A stretch of DNA of 64,000 nt from Dehalococcoidia bacterium (GTDB taxonomy: Bacteria; Chloroflexota; Dehalococcoidia; Plut-88900). Position numbers and translations under genes: made by a program. Positions 40,876 through 49,950 of this stretch are shown here, piece by piece (within the stretch, counting starts at the first letter, position 1; every line of letters starts with the position of its first letter). Location of the stretch: contig CBDBLV010000002.1 in the NCBI GenBank assembly GCA_965207225.1, forward strand, positions 64,001 through 128,000, read 5' to 3'. The notes under the pieces are model-generated. The model saw only the letters and a list, made by a program, of their open reading frames with translations. It was not told the origin of the DNA and ran no database searches.

Positions 40876-43800
40876 TTACGTGTCCTCGCCCAGCGGGCAG
40901 ATAAAGTAGTGAGGACAACGGGGACAGATGCGGTCGCTAGGCTTGGGTGAGAAATCCTCGCGCAGGATGCCTTTGATGGCTTCGTTGTAACGGTCCAGGC
41001 GAGTCTTGATGGGTCCGGGTCGTGGGTCGACCGGGTCTACCTGATCGGCCGACAGGTAACGTACCTGTACGCGCCGTCGAACGCGTGGCTCAGCCTCCTG
41101 GGCCGCCGTCACGTACAGAGCATAGATGTCCTTTCCGACCTCGCTCTTCGTCGGACGACCGGTGCGGAGACGCTCAACGACCTCGGAGCCATCGCTGAGC
41201 ACCTCGACATGATCGGGCGTGAATCGAATCAGGCCATGTGGCACCGACACCTCCCACGTTGGCCTTGTTGCGGATCCTTGAGACGTGTATGGGCGTCTCG
41301 CAGCCATCTCTACCAGGTCAACGGCTGAGGCACGATACAACTCCTTGTACGGGTGCTCTTCCGGCCCTTGCTCCTGCCAGACTTCTGCCAGGTAAGCGAG
41401 CGCGGCCGTCTCATCTACAGGATTTCCAGAGGCGCGTTCCTCCGCCATCCAGCGCAACACACGATAGACGCAGCGGTGAAACTCGACGTACCCGGAATCC
41501 TCGCGTCTCCGATTCAACCCGAGGACGCTCTCGTAGAAGTACTGACGCGGGCAACGGATGTAGACATCTAGGTCTTCAGCGGCGAAGGGCTCGCTTGCCG
41601 GCGTGGGGTCTGCTACGAAGACCGGAGCAGTAGTCGTGGATGCCCAAGTGACGGGGCTCGACTGATCTCTGGGCAACAGGCCTGCCATCTTGTCGAGCAG
41701 ATCTGACGCATGGCTGTTCTGCGCTCCGTACCTGCGAACTCGCGAAAGACACAGGAAGTCTCTCGCACGGGATAGCCCGACGAAGAAGAGGCACTCCTCT
41801 TCTTCGTCGTGGTCATCACTGGCGGATACGATCATACCCTCGGGAGGAGGACAGGGCTGTGCCTGACGTCGGGCCGGGAACAGACCTTTGCCCAGAAACG
41901 GCAAGTAGACGGCCTGAAACTCCAGTCCCTTGCTCGCATGCACGGTCAGGAGTCGCACTGCATCGATGTCGTCCGCCCAGGTCGGCAGATGCCGGAGTTG
42001 CTTCTCGTCTCCGTATATCTCAAGTCGGCGCACGTATCGCAAGAGACGGAGCTTGGCGTCAGTCGCCTCCCCGGGAGCCGCCGGTCGCTGTTCGTGGACG
42101 AACTGGAGGAATTGATACAGCGCCAGCAAGCGTTGCTGCCCAGCCACGGACGGATCGCCCAAGAGGGTGTCCAGATAGCGGCTTCTCTCGAACAGGTAGT
42201 AGGTGAGCAGCGTCCAGGGTCCGACATGCCTCATCCCATCTACATGGCGTCCCAGCAGAGCGAGACCTTCTCGACCCTTTGGCGAGATGGTCGCTTCCGT
42301 CGCAGCCAGAGCCAATGCGCCCGGGAAAGGGACGTTCCATTCCTTTGCCAGTTCGAGCAGCGCGAGAACATCATCGAGCGGGATGTCGTACTCGGGAAAC
42401 CGCGCCAATCGAACTAGACCCCGCCCATCAGGTTCGCAGGCGAAGGACAAGAGGGATAGCATGTCTCGGATTTCCGGACGCTCGAAGAGGTCACCCAAGT
42501 AGAGAACCGGCACGCCTAAGCCTTCGAGTTCGGCTGCGACTCTGCCAAGGTTTGTATGGGAACGACAAAGAACGGCTTGCTGGCTGTAAGGGATGCCGGA
42601 GGCCCGCTGACGCTCAATCTCCGTAGCCATTCCGGCCGCCTCAGCAGCAAGGTCGTCGGCAACCTCCAACAAGACCCGCCCGCCAGAGTCTGGACGCTTC
42701 GGCTCCCAACGGACGAACCCTGGTCCGCCCTGGCTTGCCCGCATACCGGGTGCCAGCCCTGCGAAGACATCCACAATAGCTGGTTGGGACCTGTAGTTGT
42801 ATCTGAGAGACTTTAGCTTTGCCCCAGGAAAGTCCTCGCCGAATCGCCGCATATTGGCCGGGGCGGCGCCGCGGAACCGGTATATTGCCTGACGTGTATC
42901 CCCTACAACCCAAAGACCTGCGCCCGCACCGGCCAGCTCCTTAAGGAAAAGCCCGCTGGCACGGTTCACGTCCTGGTACTCATCGACCAGAACATGGCGA
43001 TAGGTGCTCCGCAGCGTGTCCCGCACATCGACGTGCGTCCTGAGGAGCGACACTGATTTGTAGATGAGATCCCCGAAGTCGAGTAGATGCTCCCGGTCAA
43101 GGACATCCTGATACTTCCTGTAGACGCGCGCAACCTCGACGGCTTTCTCGGCCGCCTCCGTCTCGTCAGGCGTCGTGGCCCGAGCAAGCATGTTCTCCCC
43201 AAGATCGGCATACTCTTGTGGCCCTACCAGCTCGTCCTTCGCCCGGGATATTGCCGACATGATGTCACGCAGGTAGAGAGCGGGGTCATACAAGTTCTGA
43301 TAGTGGTCCAGCTCCAAGTCTGAGACCATCCCCTCCAGCAGGGCGATAGAGTCGGACGGATCCAGCACGCCTACCCGGGCTGGGAGACCTACGTGAGCGC
43401 TGTACCTGCGCAGCAACTCCAGACCAAAGGCATGAAAGGTCCCGATCCAGATGCGGGGTGCATCATCAGGTCTGGCCTCTGCCACACGTGACCGCAGTTC
43501 CTCGGCCGCGCGGTTCGAGAACGTCAGCGCAAGGATCGATGTTGGAGGCACCCCTTGTTCAAGGAGAAACACGATCCGGCCCACCAAGGTGCGGGTCTTT
43601 CCGGTCCCCGGACCGGCTTCCAGGAGCAACGGCCCCCGCGGCGCGTGAGCAGCGTCCTGCTGGCTGGGGTCCATGGGACGTTCGTCCGTTCCGCCAGCAG
43701 ATACGCCAGCAGGACGGATTTCCGGCGTGAGCAGTGCCCGTGCCATCTGCTGTAGAACAAGCGACTCGGGAAGGCCCAGCCTCTCTGCTGTGTTGCTTGC

Positions 43801-44268
43801 GCTGGCCCTATCAGTCTCGTACCAGGCACGCAGGACGTCAGTCGGGAGCAAGAACTCCCGTGCAAAGACATTCGCCTCACGCTCTCTCAGTTCCTCCGGC
43901 CCATAACCCTCAACCCGATTTACGCCAACCGGCAAGGGTTCCTCAATGGCCTCGGGATCGAGGTTGAATTCTCGCTGGCTCTCCCGTTCGGGGTGCAACC
44001 ACAAGTGGGCATACTCGTGAGCATGATAGAAGCGAGCCAGCCTGGGTTCGACTTCGCGGTTGAACCACACCCTCTTCATGACGTGGTCGAGCGCCGCATC
44101 GGCGCCGTCCAGCAACGAGTCGCCGGCGGCCAGGGCGATTCTTTCGAAGCCAGTCAGCCGCTCTGCCGCAGCGAGCAGTGATTCAGCTGAGGGATCTCCC
44201 CCCGCTTCTCTAAGCGCTGCGGAGCGCTGCGTCCGTGCCAGCCTCCTTATTTCGTCCCAGTGGCTCAC
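40876..44268 (-). CDS. IrrE/ImmA metallopeptidase - UvrD/PcrA SF1 helicase - Fe-S PD-(D/E)XK-fold fusion
   Basis: RFYHAHEYAH..EREANVFAREFLLP; AGPGTGKT, VDEYQD, QAIYRFRGA, NYRS, TVHASKGLEF, SRAR; CPRQY...CPRCPHYFIC. Confidence 0.9.
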   Translation of the reverse strand: MSHWDEIRRLARTQRSAALREAGGDPSAESLLAAAERLTGFERIALAAGDSLLDGADAALDHVMKRVWFNREVEPRLARFYHAHEYAHLWLHPERESQREFNLDPEAIEEPLPVGVNRVEGYGPEELREREANVFAREFLLPTDVLRAWYETDRASASNTAERLGLPESLVLQQMARALLTPEIRPAGVSAGGTDERPMDPSQQDAAHAPRGPLLLEAGPGTGKTRTLVGRIVFLLEQGVPPTSILALTFSNRAAEELRSRVAEARPDDAPRIWIGTFHAFGLELLRRYSAHVGLPARVGVLDPSDSIALLEGMVSDLELDHYQNLYDPALYLRDIMSAISRAKDELVGPQEYADLGENMLARATTPDETEAAEKAVEVARVYRKYQDVLDREHLLDFGDLIYKSVSLLRTHVDVRDTLRSTYRHVLVDEYQDVNRASGLFLKELAGAGAGLWVVGDTRQAIYRFRGAAPANMRRFGEDFPGAKLKSLRYNYRSQPAIVDVFAGLAPGMRASQGGPGFVRWEPKRPDSGGRVLLEVADDLAAEAAGMATEIERQRASGIPYSQQAVLCRSHTNLGRVAAELEGLGVPVLYLGDLFERPEIRDMLSLLSFACEPDGRGLVRLARFPEYDIPLDDVLALLELAKEWNVPFPGALALAATEATISPKGREGLALLGRHVDGMRHVGPWTLLTYYLFERSRYLDTLLGDPSVAGQQRLLALYQFLQFVHEQRPAAPGEATDAKLRLLRYVRRLEIYGDEKQLRHLPTWADDIDAVRLLTVHASKGLEFQAVYLPFLGKGLFPARRQAQPCPPPEGMIVSASDDHDEEEECLFFVGLSRARDFLCLSRVRRYGAQNSHASDLLDKMAGLLPRDQSSPVTWASTTTAPVFVADPTPASEPFAAEDLDVYIRCPRQYFYESVLGLNRRREDSGYVEFHRCVYRVLRWMAEERASGNPVDETAALAYLAEVWQEQGPEEHPYKELYRASAVDLVEMAARRPYTSQGSATRPTWEVSVPHGLIRFTPDHVEVLSDGSEVVERLRTGRPTKSEVGKDIYALYVTAAQEAEPRVRRRVQVRYLSADQVDPVDPRPGPIKTRLDRYNEAIKGILREDFSPKPSDRICPRCPHYFICPLGEDT

Positions 44269-44927
44269 GGTTCCCCCGTAGACCGTTCAAGCGCATACCA
44301 GTGTTCAGCATGCTCGGGACTGATTGTCGGGTCAGCGCGAACCGCGTCGAAGAAGTCCTCCTGCGCCATGAGCTTCGGTGCTTGCTCGGAGCGATGCTCG
44401 GTCCCAGCCGCCAGTATCGGGTCCTGCTGTAGGTAGGCCCTGATGTTCGTTGCCTCGCGTTCAACTGCTTGGGCAATGCGGTCAATCAGCTCTTCCGGGA
44501 TGGTGGCCCAGGCGATCAAGCGGCGGTCAAGCTTTCTGAGGAGGCTGTCCCCCAATCCAACATCATGCGCCAACCGGCGCGGCTCAAGACCCCGTGCTTG
44601 CCCTTCCGCTATCAGACTCTCAAAAGGCACCGCCGGATCTGAGGTAGACTCCGTCGATTGCCCGTGAAGTATGTTCTGGACAACACTCATGCCTCGAAGC
44701 ACCAGCGTTTCTTCGGTGACTTCCTCCGCGTTAGGTGCGGCAGGCAACCACGTCATCAGGCTCCAGCTGGCTGCGAACTCGATGATCTCTCGCTCGAACT
44801 CCGGGTAGCGCCGAGTCCATTCTTCAAGCGGGCTATTGGGGCCGACACCGGACGCCACGTAGGCATCGAGTACGTCCTCCAGGAATTCCTGGTCCATTGG
44901 TCTGTTCATCTCTGTTCTCCTCGCCAT
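44265..44927 (-). CDS. Putative anti-sigma-like N-domain plus XRE-like HTH protein
   Basis: PLEEWTRRYPEFEREI in the N-domain, ARGLEPRRLAHDVGLGDSLLRKLD as HTH-like segment. Overlaps both neighbours. Confidence 0.55.
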   Translation of the reverse strand: MARRTEMNRPMDQEFLEDVLDAYVASGVGPNSPLEEWTRRYPEFEREIIEFAASWSLMTWLPAAPNAEEVTEETLVLRGMSVVQNILHGQSTESTSDPAVPFESLIAEGQARGLEPRRLAHDVGLGDSLLRKLDRRLIAWATIPEELIDRIAQAVEREATNIRAYLQQDPILAAGTEHRSEQAPKLMAQEDFFDAVRADPTISPEHAEHWYALERSTGEP

Positions 44928-45712
44928 GCCTCCAGAATCTCATCAGCTCTGGACAACCAGTTTCTGATCGTTCGAGGTGTCTTGCCGAAGTGTCGGCTGA
45001 TAGTCCGTACAGCCGGGTCCTTGTCTTCGATTGGCCAGTCTTCCAGGTGGCGGAGTAGGTATGCGGACCGGATGGGCTCCTCCAATTGATTCAGCGCCGC
45101 TTCAATCAAGACGTTGTCGATCGCCTCCGATGCGACGGAGCGACCACCTGAAGCAGCCGGCACCACCTCGGCGCCCTGCTGAGTTAGTTCGTCGATGGCC
45201 ACTTGGTCGTAGTCACCGCTGGACTCAGTGTCAAACTGTTTGATTTGCTTCCGAAAGACATCCACCGTGATTCTCTCGATGACCGTCCAGAAGCGGACTT
45301 GAAGAAAGTCCCCGCGGTCGCTATCCAGGTCCAGTATCCGGGTGAATACCTCCGCGACGACTGCTGCGTTCCCATCTTCCCTCAGATCCGTTCTCAAGCC
45401 GCTCAACTTACCGTTTATCCAGGTCGCACAACGCTTCAGCAGGCACTCGGTGAGGTCGTTGACGCATTTTCGATTTCCCACTGCGTGGTGGTGCCGTATC
45501 AGATAAACCAGCGACTCCTCCTTCAGAAATACGGGCGACTCTTCGTCACGAACTATCAGTCGGCTTCGAAGCTCTTCGTCGTTCAGTCCGAGGGCCCCTT
45601 CGATCTGCCTGTCCACAACCGCCAGGCGCTGGTAAAGCTGACCATGCGCGTTGCGGTGTGTCAGTGGCTGCGGCAGGCAGGATTCAACCTGCCGTGAGGT
45701 TTCATGCTCCAT
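44906..45712 (-). CDS. ECF-like RNA polymerase sigma factor
   Basis: Region-2-like segment (..RITVDVFRK) and region-4-like ALNQLEEPIRSAYLL..ISRHFGKTPRTIRNWLSRA. Confidence 0.7.
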   Translation of the reverse strand: MEHETSRQVESCLPQPLTHRNAHGQLYQRLAVVDRQIEGALGLNDEELRSRLIVRDEESPVFLKEESLVYLIRHHHAVGNRKCVNDLTECLLKRCATWINGKLSGLRTDLREDGNAAVVAEVFTRILDLDSDRGDFLQVRFWTVIERITVDVFRKQIKQFDTESSGDYDQVAIDELTQQGAEVVPAASGGRSVASEAIDNVLIEAALNQLEEPIRSAYLLRHLEDWPIEDKDPAVRTISRHFGKTPRTIRNWLSRADEILEAWRGEQR

Positions 45713-45922
45713 CTATGGCCTCATGTACGAGTCTCATGTTCAACCGCTCCAACTCACCTGACTTCCTAATCGTGTGTGACCCCGCAGACCGGAAAGTATG
45801 ACTCTGCGGTCGACAGCAATCTGGACGCCCACCCCCCTGGTTTGAATGGGTCCATCGCCGGGTCTTCCGACCTATCGTTTGCGCCTTCCTCCTTGTCGTC
45901 CCTACGTCTGTATCTGCATTGC

Positions 45923-46756
45923 TCACTCCTGCTGGCTGGTCACCTCCAGCAGATCCTGGCTGAGAGCAACGCTCGATGCGGCGATGAAATCGGAGTCCTC
46001 CGTAGCCGGAACGGCCCTGACAACCAACTGGGTGCCCATGTCGGTCGGTGTGCTGAACAGGCGCTGAAACATCGACAATGCCTCAAAGGTCACCGCGCTC
46101 GAGATCTCGTGCGCCTGCAGGAGTCTGAACTCCTCTGCCATCTCGGCAGTGTCAATGGTGCGAAGGAGCCGGTAGATATCAAAGGCGTCCTTGGGGAGTT
46201 GGTCCCGGCGGCGGATATCGTCGTCCTGGAGACGTTCCCCGATCTTGTGTACCTTCGCCACCAGCAGCGCGGCCGGGCTTGCTACTTTTAGCAGGCATGA
46301 GCGGTCCGAACCTGGAACCAGAGAGCTGACCCTCCTGCGACTATGGCCAACAAGAGCACCCTCGAGTCCATGAACCTTCATGGCCGCCCTGTTCCCATGG
46401 ACGCCAAGCCGGGCGGCCCTGCGGCCAGGCCCGCCCACAGCCTGCGGCACCAGCAGGTCGACCTGCGCCCCACCAGCTCTCCTGTACAGTCCGGGTTGGT
46501 CAGACAGCCGGAATCCTGCGAGGCCCATGGCGTCGCCTAAGGCAGGGCTATCCCTCAGCAGGTCTGGATCAAGCGCGAGGTCTGCGTCATAGGTAAACCG
46601 GGCAACGCCGAAGCTGTCATCCTCGCCCTCTATCTGCACGTATATCGCCTGGGCGCCCACCAGAATGACCGCATCGCTGTGGGGTCCCAGCGCCTCGATG
46701 GCGTCGAGCAGCGTCTCGCGAGCATCTATGTAGTGTTGGTCATCGATAGTTTCCAT
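45923..46756 (-). CDS. Nucleotidyltransferase-fold toxin (AbiEii-like)
   Basis: ILVGAQA..TYDAD, VDLL, ALLVAK, KDAFD. Confidence 0.75.
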   Translation of the reverse strand: METIDDQHYIDARETLLDAIEALGPHSDAVILVGAQAIYVQIEGEDDSFGVARFTYDADLALDPDLLRDSPALGDAMGLAGFRLSDQPGLYRRAGGAQVDLLVPQAVGGPGRRAARLGVHGNRAAMKVHGLEGALVGHSRRRVSSLVPGSDRSCLLKVASPAALLVAKVHKIGERLQDDDIRRRDQLPKDAFDIYRLLRTIDTAEMAEEFRLLQAHEISSAVTFEALSMFQRLFSTPTDMGTQLVVRAVPATEDSDFIAASSVALSQDLLEVTSQQE

Positions 46757-47862
46757 CTGTCCTCATTGTCCCGCATCCACTCCAAGAGGGCCTCCGCCTC
46801 GGTCGGTCCTCGCCCAGGCCCCTTCATGAGGTCGAGCAGGACCTGGGTCACGCGGGCGTAGGTGATGCCGTCGTCGCGTTCAGCGCGCTCGAACGCCACG
46901 GGGTCGAATGGGCGTACGAGGAGAACATTGCCTCCGGTATCTGCCGGGCGCAGTCCCAACAACCGCGCCGCAGTCTCCGGATCCTCAACGTAGAGTGACG
47001 CCAGGCGCGGCTCTGCAAACGGAGCCAGACGATACGCCGCAAAGGACCCGGTCACGGTGTATCGGAGTCCCGTTTCGCGAAGTCGGGCGAACAGCGCCCC
47101 CGTTCCCCTAGGTTCAAGCCACGATGTGAGGGTGTTGGAGGCCGTGAAATCGTAGTCCATGGCCCATCTACGGGCCAGAGCCTCCCAGTCTACCGAGACG
47201 ATGCGTCCTCTTGGGCTCTCCTTGGCGACGATCTCGTCCGCCTCCAACAGGTTGCACACCCTCGATATCATGGCGGGGGAGCTTGCAGTCTCAGCAGCTA
47301 GCTCCCGGGTTCCGAAGGGGGTCCGATAGTCGAGGAGGCCCCTGACGACGCGGCCAGCGCGGCCTCCCTTCAGCGAGCGAAGGGGGCGCTCTTCTCTGAA
47401 CGGGTTCCTGTCCGCCCCCTGGGTCTCGATATACACTGCGGGACGTTCAATGGCGAATCTGATGTTGCCGGTCGAGTCGGCATAGCTGATGCCGGCCTCC
47501 GCAAGCCGTTCCCTCGTTAGGGGGCTCAGGTAGGTCGAAACGAGCATGAAGGCGGGATTGACGCTTGCTTGTCTGCTCCTCGGGTATGACAGCGCCTTCA
47601 GCTGGGACTCCACACTGCCGACGAGCCTGGGTTCCACCGGGTTCGCCTTGACCTCAACGATGATGTCGGACGAGAGTCCATCGGGGTCTCGGATTTCCCA
47701 GATGGCGTCGATTCCGCGGGCGGGGTCCCGCGGGGACCGTACAGCCTCACGCCCCTCGCGGTCGAGCAGGCGCCACCGCCGGGGCAGTCGCGTGCCTATG
47801 TCCTTAGCGGCCTCGTCTAGGAGTCGTGTTTCTGATATGTAGCTGTTGCGCAGCATGTGCAA
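46726..47862 (-). CDS. AbiEi-like antitoxin/regulator (restriction-endonuclease-like N-domain + wHTH + AbiEi C-domain)
   Basis: IDA..VEVK, GISYADSTGN, wHTH, TGSFAA, QVLLDL..GPGR..EA. Confidence 0.75.
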   Translation of the reverse strand: MHMLRNSYISETRLLDEAAKDIGTRLPRRWRLLDREGREAVRSPRDPARGIDAIWEIRDPDGLSSDIIVEVKANPVEPRLVGSVESQLKALSYPRSRQASVNPAFMLVSTYLSPLTRERLAEAGISYADSTGNIRFAIERPAVYIETQGADRNPFREERPLRSLKGGRAGRVVRGLLDYRTPFGTRELAAETASSPAMISRVCNLLEADEIVAKESPRGRIVSVDWEALARRWAMDYDFTASNTLTSWLEPRGTGALFARLRETGLRYTVTGSFAAYRLAPFAEPRLASLYVEDPETAARLLGLRPADTGGNVLLVRPFDPVAFERAERDDGITYARVTQVLLDLMKGPGRGPTEAEALLEWMRDNEDRWKLSMTNTT

Positions 47863-48028
47863 CAGTATAAATTCTGCACCACTGAGTAGTCAAGAGCGAC
47901 TTGGCCACTTGATTCCAAGCATCCCTAGCGCCGCCGTACCCAACCGGTCACTCGTATGCGACTCCGCAACAACGGAAGTGACGATAGGACGCCGCCCCTG
48001 CATGAGAAGAGGGGCAAGACGCACGTGC

Positions 48029-48862
48029 CTACGATTCATTCCATAGGCGGGCGAGTGCCTGGATGAAGGCTCGGGCCTTGTCGATGGACCACTGGTCCCC
48101 GGATGAACCGAAGAGGTCGACCAGCTGGTTCTGGCACGTGAAATCGGCCAGTTCCGCCGTCCAGAGCCAGTTGACGACTTCGACGTAGGTTTCACGGAGG
48201 CTGCTTCTGAACAGGCCATTGGGGACGTTGTACAGGAGGCACTCCACAAAGTACGACGGTGCCGTGCCCTTGGCGAGTGCGTTGCTGTCAACGAGGTGAT
48301 TGCGCGCCGCCTTGAACATGCGGGTTGCCCGCTTGTACCTGCCGCTGGTGCCCCGCTCCTTCCTTGCTCCCTTGGAATGATGCTGCTGGGGATAACTCAC
48401 GGCCCAACGATGCTCGTCGGGGATGTAGAGTGCAATCCCGTTGCCACACTTCAGCGTCACGACAACGTCGGCCGCTGCCGGAATCGGACCTCCGGCGATC
48501 TTCAGGGATTTGCGGCCTGGAGTCACCGCTTGACCGAACCTGGCTCTGAGGGCGGCTAACACAAGCCGGCGGAACGACTGCCATCTTCCATATGCAAGCT
48601 CGTGAGACTCGCTGTTCTGGAGTTGCGGCCCGGTGAGTGCCGCCACCCTGGGCCTCAGACGCTCATCGAGTTGCACGACCAGGTCCACGTCGCTGTCCCT
48701 TCGCAGGTTCGTGTCATTCTTGTAAGAGCCCTGAAGAAACATCTCGTGCACCGGTAGACCCTGCCGAGCCAAGGCGTCACGGATTGCCGTGTGTGCCTGA
48801 ACGGATGCCGTCGCCGCGTGGTGATGGCTCCACTGTCCTAGTGTCGAATCCGGGATGGGCAA
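48029..48862 (-). CDS. CD-NTase, CdnE-like
   Basis: FLQGSYKNDTNLRRDSDVD, ADVV, SYPQQH..G..K, YKRATRMFK, SYFVECLLYNVP. Confidence 0.88.
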   Translation of the reverse strand: MPIPDSTLGQWSHHHAATASVQAHTAIRDALARQGLPVHEMFLQGSYKNDTNLRRDSDVDLVVQLDERLRPRVAALTGPQLQNSESHELAYGRWQSFRRLVLAALRARFGQAVTPGRKSLKIAGGPIPAAADVVVTLKCGNGIALYIPDEHRWAVSYPQQHHSKGARKERGTSGRYKRATRMFKAARNHLVDSNALAKGTAPSYFVECLLYNVPNGLFRSSLRETYVEVVNWLWTAELADFTCQNQLVDLFGSSGDQWSIDKARAFIQALARLWNES

Positions 48863-48874
48863 AGTGCGCTCTCC

Positions 48875-49945
48875 CTAGTGCTCAGGCCGCTGCGTCGAAG
48901 GGCCGCCTACATCGCCGTTAGGGACCGTTCCGATTCGGCTTGGGCTCTCGATGCCGTTGCCCGACGGGTCGCGTCTGTACCTGTTCCGTACCGTCTCGGC
49001 CGCCTGCGACAGCTGATCCAGCAGGCTCAGGACGATGGGATCGTTGGCTCCGACGTGGGGATTGAGCGGCTGCAGGCTCATCTCAACATGCACCTCCTGC
49101 GTGCCCACGGGAACCACGAATCTTGCGGCCTGGTCTTTCGCGCCCCTTATGGCGCTGAGGACGATCCTCCCCAAGTCTTGCTCTAGAGTTCCACGCATGG
49201 AGGCCATGGCATCCTGTTCGTCCATCACGCGCTGTTGTTTCATTACCTCCATTGCCTTGTCGCAGCCCCATGAGCATAGCTCCGCGAGAATCAGGTCTCC
49301 CGTTCTCGGAAACGTGGGGCCCTCCAGGTCGGGCGGAGAGCCTCGGAAGCTCGCAAAGACCAGCTTCCCGTCGTCATCCAGCATCATGTCGAGGTCGGAC
49401 CACGTTGAGTCGCCATCCACACTCCGTCTCGTCAACTCGTCCGCCACCTGCTCCATGAATTGCATCTGTCGTTTGGCGTCCGCCGGCAGGCTGGGGTCGA
49501 AGTCCCACCAAGGCCGGGACGGCCTGAGTCCGGGAATGAGGGACCGTCTGTGAGGGGCGAGAATCGTGAACAGCGGGATTCCCAACTCATCTGCCACTCG
49601 AAGGGAGTTGCTAGGACGGTTGGACCGCACGACCTCAATGAATGCCAGGGGCTTGCGGTGGGTGTCCAGGATGGTGAGGTCCGGACGGCACCGGCCGTTG
49701 ATCGGCGCGGACTGTTGCTGCTCCATCACTACGAAGCCGGCACCCCGCAGGAGATCGTAGCTGTGAGGGTGCATTCGTTCACAGGTCCACAGGATCTGCT
49801 GGGAAGGCTCGCGGTGCCTCCCGCGATGCGTGGGGGCGTGACTATCTCTACTCTCTCCGAACTCGCACGAGACACATCCGCTCAGCTTGCGGTCTAGGTG
49901 GTCGAAGAGGTCCTGCTTCCACCGTTCGTGCTGTTCCGACGGCAT
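48875..49945 (-). CDS. Hypothetical protein with an N-terminal PD-(D/E)XK (CoiA-like) nuclease motif
   Basis: HERWK, RPDLTILD...AFIEVVRSN. Ends 12 bp upstream of the CD-NTase. Confidence 0.55.
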   Translation of the reverse strand: MPSEQHERWKQDLFDHLDRKLSGCVSCEFGESRDSHAPTHRGRHREPSQQILWTCERMHPHSYDLLRGAGFVVMEQQQSAPINGRCRPDLTILDTHRKPLAFIEVVRSNRPSNSLRVADELGIPLFTILAPHRRSLIPGLRPSRPWWDFDPSLPADAKRQMQFMEQVADELTRRSVDGDSTWSDLDMMLDDDGKLVFASFRGSPPDLEGPTFPRTGDLILAELCSWGCDKAMEVMKQQRVMDEQDAMASMRGTLEQDLGRIVLSAIRGAKDQAARFVVPVGTQEVHVEMSLQPLNPHVGANDPIVLSLLDQLSQAAETVRNRYRRDPSGNGIESPSRIGTVPNGDVGGPSTQRPEH

Positions 49946-49950
49946 GATGT

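Noticed and set aside
40876-41600. Cas4 gene implying CRISPR adaptation
   Set aside because: It is the fused AddB-like C-domain of the helicase, with a degenerate catalytic motif and no CRISPR context.
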